DNA from: a metagenome | DNA: 21,707 bases | Sequence record: Ga0255781_10001162 | Direction: 5' to 3' (one strand) | Shown here: piece after piece, positions 1 to 7,887 of the stretch | Position numbering within the stretch: the stretch's first letter is position 1 | How the letters are laid out: every line of letters starts with the position of its first letter | Position numbers and translations under genes: made by a program | Notes under the pieces: model-generated | What the model was told of the DNA's origin: nothing | Databases searched by the model: none | What the model saw: only the letters and a program-made list of their open reading frames with translations

Positions 1-42
1 CGGCGGCGGCGGCGGCGACGACGGCGACGACGCGACGACGCG
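1..42. repeat. GC-rich trinucleotide low-complexity tract, (CGG)5 followed by CGA/CGG-type units, at the window edge
   Basis: Read directly: cggcggcggcggcgg cgacgacggcgacgacgcgacgacgcg. It lies in the reading frame that stays open into the first gene. Confidence 0.8.
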
Positions 43-221
43 TTGGGTTCGTCGGCGATGCGGATCGGACTAGTGCGATCGCGTGTGCGGAGCGGTACGT
101 GCCAAAGTGGTGCAAAGGAGGCGGTGGCGGTGGCGGTGGCGGGAAGGATGGGGAGGAGGAGCCGTCTACGTCAGTCGAGGACGGAGGCGGATCGAAAAAG
201 GTTAAAAAGAACGACGCGGCA

Positions 222-1295
222 ATGTCTGTGGTGACGACGCACGACTTAGGGCGTGGACGACGGTGTGTGGTGCAAGCGACGAGCGATTGTGAGCCCGAGG
301 GCGATCCGGTGCGGTCGAGATGGGACGTGGAGGCGGACGTGGAGCGGCGATTCGCAACCGCCGACGGTTTAGATGAGGACTACAAGGCGTTTCACGCCAC
401 GGTGAACGCGCACACGCTGACGAAGGAAGTTGAATTAGAACTCGGAAGCGTGCATCAGGAGTTTGGGATGGAGTTTAGGCAGAGCGTGAAGGGTCGGCTG
501 GATCGCGGGTTGGTCACCGCGACGCGAGCGACATCGGCTTCGTTTTCATTCGGGACGCCGACCAAGCAGTACGACGCCTTTCGGCTACTTCACGGCGTGA
601 ACTCGAGCGAGGAAGGTAAGCCAAAGGGAACGGAGCCGAGCGAGGCAAAGACTGAGAGGAAGACTGAGAAGAGGGCGGCGACGCCTCGAACGAATGCAGC
701 CAAGGCGCAGTACGCGTACAATTTTGAAAAGGCGTCGGCGCGCGCTGTCGTCACGGCGAATTCCAAGCCTCCTTCGCCGAACCCGGAATCATCTCACCCT
801 TTACGCGATGCGATCGACGTCAAGTTTCGAGCCACGTCAGATATCGTGAAATCGCACGCCGTTCGTCTCGCCGTTCGGGCCAAATTAAACTCGACAACGC
901 GCGCGCAAATCATCGCAAAGTCCAAATTGGACAAGGCGGGACAGACGCGCGGACTAGAGCTCGAGCTCGGCCGCGATTTCAAGACGTCCTCTCGCGAGAA
1001 TGCCGCCAAGATGAAGACCACAGTCTCATTTTCAATCCCGCTCACCAAGTACGCCCTCAAACTCACCGGCGACGGTGCGGCGTCTTCGTACTCTCTTAGA
1101 TTATCGTCGCACGAAGTCGTCGCCGAGACGCGACTGCGTCGCGGTCGTCGCGTCGAACTTCGTCTCGGCGCTCGTAAATCTTTCCTAGTCGCATCGTCTA
1201 GCGCGATTGAGACGTTCATCGCGATCGGTTTTAGCCAAAGCTTTCATCCTCAACGCGCGCAAAGCGACGGGATGACGGTTGCCACAGTGGTGTAA
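222..1295 (+). CDS. Hypothetical protein with no recognisable domain; 5' end uncertain and possibly partial
   Basis: The frame is open from base 3 to the TAA at 1293-1295. The track start at 99 is GTG, and the first in-frame ATG is at 222 (MSVVTTHDL...). GC3-rich codon usage matches neighbouring genes. The C-terminal third shows alternating polar/hydrophobic strings (VELRLGARKSFLVASSSAIETFIAIGFSQSF) suggestive of beta strands. I recognise no family motif. Confidence 0.5.
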   Translation: MSVVTTHDLGRGRRCVVQATSDCEPEGDPVRSRWDVEADVERRFATADGLDEDYKAFHATVNAHTLTKEVELELGSVHQEFGMEFRQSVKGRLDRGLVTATRATSASFSFGTPTKQYDAFRLLHGVNSSEEGKPKGTEPSEAKTERKTEKRAATPRTNAAKAQYAYNFEKASARAVVTANSKPPSPNPESSHPLRDAIDVKFRATSDIVKSHAVRLAVRAKLNSTTRAQIIAKSKLDKAGQTRGLELELGRDFKTSSRENAAKMKTTVSFSIPLTKYALKLTGDGAASSYSLRLSSHEVVAETRLRRGRRVELRLGARKSFLVASSSAIETFIAIGFSQSFHPQRAQSDGMTVATVV

Positions 1296-1407
1296 GAACA
1301 AAACTCAATTTCATTCGTGCGTCGCCTCACTTCGACGCGCGAGTCCGGTGACAATCACGTCTGACGACGCACAGTCACGCTCGTCGTAGTCGTAGTCGTC
1401 TCGCATC

Positions 1408-3552
1408 ATGGACACCCCAACGAAAACCGTCGGCGGCGGCGACGGCGGCGATTCAAAAGAAGAATCTTCTGTGCGACAAACGAACGACGAACGCGCATCG
1501 ACATCATCGTTACCGTCGACGTCCACGCCGCGACGCATCAAAACCGTCACCGCGGGATGGCTCGAACTCGAACGCGCACTGAGAACCGTCTACACGTCCG
1601 TCATGGCGGAGCTCAAACCGCTGGGTGTCGTCGGGATGGCGACGTTCGATCCCATGGCTGGATTCGTCTTGTGGAATGAACAACGCGAAGCCGAGCGAAA
1701 CAAAACTAGGGGACTTCGCGAGTTGTACCCGGACGGAGAGGGTGACGCGCGAACGAATCCGGTGAACGCACCGGATGTGCACGCGTTGCGAGCGGTGCGA
1801 GTGGCGGTGAAGTACGCGATCGGGGCGTACGGGACGGCTTCTTCGGTGTTGAGCGACGCGTCTTTTAGAGAAAAATTGAAGAGTTTAAAGACGCACGCCG
1901 CGGCGAGCGGAGCGACGACGAAGGATTACGAAAGGATGCACGCGTTGGCGTCCGAGGCGTGCGCGAAGAGTTGTGAGATTGATACGGAGGATGTGATTGA
2001 TGCGGATTGGAACGGGACGGAGTTTTCGCCGAGTTCATTCGTTGCCGTCGATCGGGTGGAAGGCAAGGTGGCGTTGTCCGTGCGCGGGACGTGGGAACTT
2101 CACGACGCGTTGACGGATGTGAATAGCGAGAGCGTAGAGTTTTTAGATGGGTGGGCTCACGCTGGGATGGTTGCCTCGGCGTGGCAGGTTGTGAAGCGAA
2201 TGATCCCGGCGGCGGCGGCGGCATTGGCGAAGAATCCATCGTTTGAGTTTCTCGTCACGGGGCACAGCATGGGTGGCGGCGTCGCCGCGTGCATCGCCAT
2301 GTTAATGCACAGTACGGACAGTGATATAGAGAAACTCGCGCTGGAAGGGCTCGGTGCATTTGAGGAAGACGCAAAGAGAGAGGTTTTGACGCGACTCGCC
2401 GCGTGTAAATGCGTCTGCATCGCCGCGCCAAGCGTGAGTAGCATGAATTTGAGCGACAAGGCAAGCGAGTACATCACGTGCGTCGTCGCCGGCGCCGATG
2501 TGGTTCCTAGACTCTGCCACGCCTCTGTTCGCCGCCTCTTGCGAAGGTTGAACCACGCCGCGCCGTCTCACGCGATGCTTCGAGCTGTTTCGTCCGTTCT
2601 CGGCGGCAGAGACAGGCCGTCGTCGAAACAAGACTTGACCGCGGCAACGACGGATGAGGACGAGGACGAGGACAAAGCCTCGCAGCCGCTGACGTCGTCT
2701 TCTGCGATGAACGACTCGGAAACGCCGATCACATCGCCGGTTAAGCCTACTGCGGAAGAGTTCAAGCCAACGTCGGCTCGCAAGAAGAAGGGAAGTAAGC
2801 GCACGTGTCAAGGAGACTGGAACGACCTCGAAGACGTCGTCGGTCTCGAGCTTCGAGACCACTCCGCGATGGACTTTATGGTCCAACCGGGTCGAGTGAT
2901 CCATCTCAAACACGTGCGCTCGAGCGCCCCGACGGCTGAATACAAGCATCCGACGGCGTTCACCGACGTCTTACTCGATCCGTACATGATGCTCGACCAC
3001 ATTCCGGGAACGTATCAAGCCGCCGTCAAGACTATTCACGACCGCGTGAAAGCCGGTGGAAGCGCCTGGATCCAACACGACGAACTCGATCGCGAATCCG
3101 ACGAAGAGGATGAGGAAGACGCCGTGAGCGCGCTCCTCCACGACGAGCGCGTGCGCGCCCGCGCGAGACGCGGTTGGCGCTCCATCCGCAACTTTCTCGG
3201 CATTGAAGACGAGGACGAAGAAGACGAAGACGAAGACCAGTACGCGGACGACGGTGACGACATCGATCTCACAACCCGCTCACGCCACCGCGCGAAAGCC
3301 GCTGCCGCATCGACAGCGCTCTCAAACCTCGACGTGCGCACCGTCCCAGACACGGACGATGAAGACGAAGACGAAATCCCAAACTATTACGGCGAACACC
3401 GCCACGCTCTCGAACACCGCCACGCGCGTCCGGCGACAACAGGCCATCTACCGATATCTTCGACGACATCAGACATAGACTCCGACGACCGCGCGAACGG
3501 CGCGCGAACGAAGAATCCGCTCGCCGACGCGTGGACGTGGCTCAACTCGTAG
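1408..3552 (+). CDS. Class 3 (fungal-type / DAG-lipase-like) lipase with a long acidic C-terminal extension
   Basis: True ATG at 1408 and an uninterrupted 714-aa ORF. The nucleophile elbow LVTGHSMGGGVAACIAM (GHSMGG at about nt 2259-2276) is followed by VVAGADVVPRL, the typical Lipase_3 arrangement. The C-terminal half is rich in D/E runs (DEDEDED, DEEDEEDA). Confidence 0.85.
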   Translation: MDTPTKTVGGGDGGDSKEESSVRQTNDERASTSSLPSTSTPRRIKTVTAGWLELERALRTVYTSVMAELKPLGVVGMATFDPMAGFVLWNEQREAERNKTRGLRELYPDGEGDARTNPVNAPDVHALRAVRVAVKYAIGAYGTASSVLSDASFREKLKSLKTHAAASGATTKDYERMHALASEACAKSCEIDTEDVIDADWNGTEFSPSSFVAVDRVEGKVALSVRGTWELHDALTDVNSESVEFLDGWAHAGMVASAWQVVKRMIPAAAAALAKNPSFEFLVTGHSMGGGVAACIAMLMHSTDSDIEKLALEGLGAFEEDAKREVLTRLAACKCVCIAAPSVSSMNLSDKASEYITCVVAGADVVPRLCHASVRRLLRRLNHAAPSHAMLRAVSSVLGGRDRPSSKQDLTAATTDEDEDEDKASQPLTSSSAMNDSETPITSPVKPTAEEFKPTSARKKKGSKRTCQGDWNDLEDVVGLELRDHSAMDFMVQPGRVIHLKHVRSSAPTAEYKHPTAFTDVLLDPYMMLDHIPGTYQAAVKTIHDRVKAGGSAWIQHDELDRESDEEDEEDAVSALLHDERVRARARRGWRSIRNFLGIEDEDEEDEDEDQYADDGDDIDLTTRSRHRAKAAAASTALSNLDVRTVPDTDDEDEDEIPNYYGEHRHALEHRHARPATTGHLPISSTTSDIDSDDRANGARTKNPLADAWTWLNS

Positions 3553-3673
3553 TTTGTAGTAGCACACTAGGCAACATTTAGACTTGATGAATCACATTTG
3601 AAGGTTCACGACTCGTCATTTTAGGACCTGCTCTTCGTTGACTTTGGCCGTTGACTGGCGAGTCGTCGTCAAA

Positions 3674-6544
3674 ATGCCGCTCGTCGTCGCCGGTACCGAC
3701 GCGCGAGGCGCGCCGACGTCGCAGTCGCGTGAACTCGCGTATACGGTCGTAGACCGCTCGTCCGAGGTGAGTGTGGTGACGACGCGAGACGCACGACGCG
3801 ACGTTCGCGTTTACGTTTTGAAAGATGAAATTTGAAACAAACACTTTTGATGCGAGTGACGACTGACGACCGAACGAACGACGTAGGAACCGGGACACGC
3901 GGCGAGTGAATTACACATACGCGGGGAGAACAAATCGCGGGGATGGCTCACGGCGCGCGGGGCGGGGTTCCCGGCGTACGCGACGGTGAGATTGGACGCG
4001 CCGAGCGCGTTGCGGCAGTTGAAGTTGCTCTCGCACGAGTGTAAAATCGCGAGCGAGTGTCACGTATACGTCACGAGACTGGATGGCGGTGGAAGACGAA
4101 CCGTGAAACGGTTGGGGACGTTGCGATTTGAGAGTAACTCGGAGTGTGGGTACAAGGCGAGGGAGTTGAAGACGGTGCATGTCAACGTGAAGGATGCGGT
4201 CGAGGTTCGATTGGAGTTTTCGGGGTGTCACGAAAACTCGAGGAACGAGGGACGACAGATCGGGTTGATGGGGTTGACGTTGATCGGTGAGACCATGGGG
4301 GAGAAGCCACAACGAAGGATGAGCGGTTCTGGGAACGGCGCGTCGGCGGAGAGGGCGCCTTTGCTTGGACATCGCACGGGCGGCGGATCGTCGGTTGGCA
4401 GAGGCGTCGACGCCATGACAGAGGAAAAGCTTCGAGAGGTGATCGCGAGGAAGGAGCACGCCGTGGATGCGGAAGACTACGACGAGGCGAAGCGCTTGAG
4501 AGACGTCATCTCGCGATTGCGTGAATTTGGAGTCAAGGTGAAGGCGCTGCAGGAGGAAAAGATGCGCGCAGTGGAGATTGAGGATTACGACGAAGCCAAG
4601 AGGTTGAAGATTGAGATTGATAGACTTCGCGCGACCGGTTACGAGGATGCCTTTGGTGGTTCGCTGTCACCGCGTGATTCGGGTGCACGCTCGATGAGCG
4701 GCACGACTTCGGTGCATTCGCCGCCAGTCGTCGAGACTCGCGCCGACGACGCGCCGACGTCGCAGCCGCCGACGACGCGAAAAGCGTTTTCGTTTGACGA
4801 TGTGCCGATCCGTTCAAAGCACGCGGACGCGATGCGAGAGTTAGCGCACGAGAATGATCCACCAGTTTCTTCATCCGAGCTGCCCGCAGCGGTGATGCAC
4901 GAGCGAAAGCCAAGCGTGGCGTCCAACAGCGCTCAAGCGCCACCGCCGCCACCGCCCAGGCGTCCGGCGCCGTTGGAGATTGAAAAGCCAAACTCATTCC
5001 GAGAAGACGACGTCAGCGCGGCTGGGATGAGCAATGATGAAGTTCCCGCCGTCGCCACCGGTAGGCGTGTTCCTCCGGAGCTCGAGGCGGAAGCTGCGGC
5101 GTTCTTTGAAGAAGAAGAGGAGGACAAAGTGCAGAGCGCCAAGAAGGCAGCCGCGGCTTCAGCAAATGACGACGACGCTCCGCCACCGCCACCGCTTTCT
5201 CCGTCCGAGCAGGTCAACGCCGCCCCCATCATCGCCACCTTCGGCGAAGACGTCGTCATGAAGTTGTACAGCAACGCGTGGATGCATCGCGAGAGCGCTT
5301 TACAATCCATCAATAAAAGTCTCATCGCCGCGTGGGAGAGCGAAGACGCTTCAAAAGTTCTCGGTGTCGATCCGCGCGAGACGTTTCAAACCCTCTGCAA
5401 GACTTTGGGTGATAGATTATTCAACGACAAGGTGGCCAATGTGACGTGCGCCGCCGCCATCACGTTGGCATCCGCCGCAAAGGCTTTCGCCGCCCACGTC
5501 TCCGCCAGAGACGTCAAGGATGCCGTCGATGACTCAATCTCATTGTTAGTTGACAAGCTGGGCGACACCAATCCGCGTCTTCGCGAGAGCATTAGGGAAG
5601 CATTACACGCGTTCGCTGGCGACGCTCCGGGTGGGGTTTCAATCCTCGCGCACGCCTTGTGCAAACCGGTTCAAAAGCTTAGTCTTTGGCGCGTGTTAAC
5701 CGGGAGACTGACGCTCATGGTCGAGCTTATTCCGACGTACGGATTGGACGCGCCGCGCAAGGATGAGTCGTTCGCGCTCGAACACGTCATGAAATTCGCA
5801 TCGAGGTGTTTCGACAGCGCCAACGGCGAGGCGCGAGGGATGGCGGTGAAAGTCGTATTGGCTTGCGTCGACATTGTCGGTTCTAGAGTCCGCAGTCACT
5901 TGCCGAGAACGCTCAAGAGCGCCATAAGAGACGTCATCGAGACTGCCATTGACGAGCTCGAAGATCCATACAATATTCGTGGACGAACAGGTACGACGGT
6001 GCGATCGCCCACGGCATCGAGCGCAATGTGGGCGTCGGCGACGAGCCCAACGTCCACCGCAAAACGCGACGTTGGTCAATCGTCTTTCACCTCGCCGACG
6101 GGCGCTAGAGATCATCACGGAACCACCATGACCACAGCAGCAGACGTTCGTGGTGACATTTCCCCGGAGTTCGCTTCATCTGCGTCCGCACTCGAGCGAG
6201 AAATCACTCGTCGCATCGAGACGCTCGGAGAACACCACCCCGAAGTCGCCGCCGCCATGACGGATCTCGCCACGCTCTACAGCGAAAGCGAACGTTTTGA
6301 CCGCGCGCAATCCCTCTTTGAACGCGCTCTAGCCATCCAGGAATCCGTCCTGGGGATTGACCATCCTGAGACGGTACAAACGCTCACTGATTTGGCCATT
6401 TGTCACTTGGACCGCGAGGACAACTCTCGCGGTCGGCCGTTATTAGAGCGCGCGTTGGATTTACAACGAGCGCTTCTCGGCGACGACCATCCAGACGTCT
6501 GCGCCATTCGCGATGTTTTAGCCTCCTTGGATACAGATTTTTAA
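3674..6544 (+). CDS. CEP104: CEP104/FAP256-like protein: N-terminal jelly-roll-like region, two EDYDEAKRL coiled-coil/UVR-like repeats, a TOG/HEAT-like domain and C-terminal KLC/NPHP3-type TPRs. Two exons: 3674..3766 and 3887..6544
   Basis: The track ORF starts at GTG 3986, and its first in-frame ATG falls after the conserved N-terminal block. The same frame is open back to the TAG at 3884-3886. An upstream ATG at 3674 opens the same frame and ends at a GTGAGT donor (3767). Splicing to the AG at 3885-3886 removes 120 nt (a multiple of 3) and gives MPLVVAGTDARGAPTSQSRELAYTVVDRSSE|EPGHAASELHIRGENKSRGWLTARGAGFP...LRQLKLLSHE...GYKARELKTVHV. This matches my recollection of the CEP104 N-terminus (VVVSSSGHEDGFSARELMIH..SGW.., KLQLLAH, CKARELKSVYV). 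The TOG-like HEAT region runs from about nt 5265 to 5960, and the TPR_12-like region (HPEVAAAMTDLATLYSE..RALAIQESVLGIDHPETVQTL) from about nt 6190 to 6530. Confidence 0.65.
3767..3886 (+). other. Spliceosomal intron (120 nt, phase 0) of the CEP104-like gene
   Basis: GTGAGT donor at 3767. ACTGAC branch-like site at 3862-3867, about 19 nt before the acceptor. Acceptor cgtAG at 3885-3886. In-frame stops at 3833, 3857 and 3884 prevent read-through. The spliced product improves the alignment to the conserved N-terminus. Confidence 0.65.
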
Positions 6545-6570
6545 ATCGCACACACTTTCTGCATCCTCAC

Positions 6571-7695
6571 ATGATCTCAAACGCGTTCCAATCATTCCTA
6601 CCATCGGATGGATCAACCATCCGACTCAGTCCCGCGTTCTCCTCACACGCCGGCGCGTCGCGTCGCATTCATTCATTCATGACGATGACGTTAATGACGA
6701 CGTCTCGACACCGCGCGTCGTCCATAAAACCTGCGCTGACAGCCATCACCGCACGCGCGAGATCCTCCTCCGGAACCTCCGCGTCGTCGTCACCGGACGT
6801 CAGCGAACTGCGCGCGGCGTTTAGACACTGCGTCGAAGTGGTTCGTTTGAGAGATTACGAAGCCTACCTTTGCACGCTTCATCTCCCGAAACCGTTCGTG
6901 CCCATCGCGTTTGCCGTGCGCGCGCTCAACGCGGAGAGCGGAAGCGTCGTCGGAAGCGCTGATTCCGTCGATGCGGCGAGGATGCGGTTGATGTGGTGGC
7001 GAAGAGCGATCGATGGATTGACTCGTTTGGACGACGACGACGCCGAGGAGGAGGCTCGAGCCGGCGGTCAACATCCGGTGCTCGTGGCGCTCCGCGCGGC
7101 GCTGGGAAACGCTCCCTCTGCGCGCGCAAAGACGTGGATGAAAAGGATGATTGACGCGAGAATCACCGACGCGAGCGCGAGCGGACCACCCGGGAGCGTG
7201 ATGGAATTGGAGAGGTACGCGAGCGACGCGCACGGAAGCGCTTTAACGCTCGCGTTGGACGCGTGCGGAATTCGAAACGCCGACGCCGATCACGCGGCGA
7301 GTCATCTCGGTAAAGCGATTGGATTGAGCGCGTTATTACGTGGGACGACGGCACACGCGAAACAGCGGCGGTGTTACTTTCCGAGCGATGCGTGCGCGAG
7401 ACGCGGGGTGAGCACGGAGAGCGTCTATCGGCTCGAGCCGAGCGAAGGCGCGAGAGACGTCGCGCACGAGGTGGCGACCGTCGCAAAGGCGCATTTGGAC
7501 AGCGCTCGGGCGATGGCGGAGAGGATTCCGAGCGATGCCAAGCCGTTCTTCTTGCAGGCGGTTCCGGTGGGGAGGTATTTGGACGCGCTCGAGGCGAAGG
7601 ATTTCGACGCGTTCGACGAAGCCGTCGCTCGAGGAGGACCGCCGTTGTTTACGCAAGCCGCCGTCGCGTGGAGCGCGTTTCGAGGGACGTACTAG
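6571..7695 (+). CDS. NDUFAF6: NDUFAF6-like protein (squalene/phytoene-synthase fold, mitochondrial complex I assembly factor family)
   Basis: Matching strings: RLRDYEAYLCTLHLP..FAVRALNAE..ARMRLMWWRRAID..HPVLVALRAAL, ELERYASDAHGSALTLALDACGIRNADADHAASHLGKAIGLSALLRGT..QRRCYFPSD..RGVS, and the C-terminal WSAFRGTY. These match the remembered human NDUFAF6 pattern (KRDYEGFLCSLLLP, ADHAASHIGKAQGI, SWRKTY). The track start at 6400 is non-ATG and overlaps the upstream gene. The first in-frame ATG is at 6571; an alternative ATG at 6679 (MTMTLMTTSRHRASS...) looks presequence-like. Confidence 0.8.
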   Translation: MISNAFQSFLPSDGSTIRLSPAFSSHAGASRRIHSFMTMTLMTTSRHRASSIKPALTAITARARSSSGTSASSSPDVSELRAAFRHCVEVVRLRDYEAYLCTLHLPKPFVPIAFAVRALNAESGSVVGSADSVDAARMRLMWWRRAIDGLTRLDDDDAEEEARAGGQHPVLVALRAALGNAPSARAKTWMKRMIDARITDASASGPPGSVMELERYASDAHGSALTLALDACGIRNADADHAASHLGKAIGLSALLRGTTAHAKQRRCYFPSDACARRGVSTESVYRLEPSEGARDVAHEVATVAKAHLDSARAMAERIPSDAKPFFLQAVPVGRYLDALEAKDFDAFDEAVARGGPPLFTQAAVAWSAFRGTY

Positions 7696-7699
7696 CTTT

Positions 7700-7704
7700 T
7701 GTAA
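7700..7704 (+). promoter_or_regulatory. TGTAA pentamer, candidate chlorophyte-type poly(A) signal for the NDUFAF6-like gene
   Basis: TGTAA lies 5 nt after the TAG stop (7693-7695). UGUAA is the established poly(A) signal in Chlamydomonas and related green algae. Its use here is inferred. Confidence 0.35.
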
Positions 7705-7786
7705 TCATAGCGTAGCGTAGCGCATGCACGTGGGTGAACGAAAAACGAATAGACGGAGGTGGTTTGGTTCAAGTAACGATCGATTT

Positions 7787-7791
7787 TTACA
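7787..7791 (-). promoter_or_regulatory. TGTAA pentamer on the minus strand, candidate poly(A) signal for RPL35A
   Basis: Plus-strand TTACA at 7787-7791 reads TGTAA on the minus strand, about 97 nt downstream of the RPL35A stop (7888-7890). Confidence 0.3.
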
Positions 7792-7887
7792 TCAAACGCT
7801 AATCACTAATACTGATGTTTGGACTATGAATGTCGACCCGCGGTCTCGCCGAGCCAGCGCAACTCTTCCCTCGCAAAGCGCGCGACC

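Noticed and set aside
43-234. 63-aa ORF at the left edge (ATG at 58) as a separate small gene
   Set aside because: Its product is an arginine-rich, low-complexity peptide that overlaps the longer open frame leading into gene 1. It has no motif and atypical composition.
2302-2949. Long antisense ORFs inside confirmed genes: 2302-2949 (-), 794-1219 (-), 8999-9520 (-), 10302-10766 (-), 16334-16831 (-), 17803-18366 (+), 19831-20295 (-) and others
   Set aside because: They are expected in GC-rich DNA, where stop codons are rare. Their products are R/S/P-rich low complexity with no motifs, and many start at non-ATG codons. Each lies opposite an ORF with a clear family signature.
3767-3928. Alternative in-frame acceptor (ggggAG at 3927-3928) for the CEP104-like intron, giving a 162-nt intron
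   Set aside because: It is also a multiple of 3, but it lacks a nearby branch-like site or pyrimidine context. It would delete EPGHAASELHIRGE, which aligns with the conserved CEP104 N-terminal block. The acceptor at 3885-3886 has ACTGAC 19 nt upstream.
7758-7777. GGTGGTTTGG...AGTAAC shared between the NDUFAF6/RPL35A spacer (7758-7777) and the LETM1-like/TRAPPC3 promoter (15990-16019)
   Set aside because: A single shared 10-mer among about 3 kb of intergenic DNA is expected several times by chance, and the spacing to AGTAAC differs (4 versus 14 nt). It is kept only as a possible seed for a genome-wide motif search.
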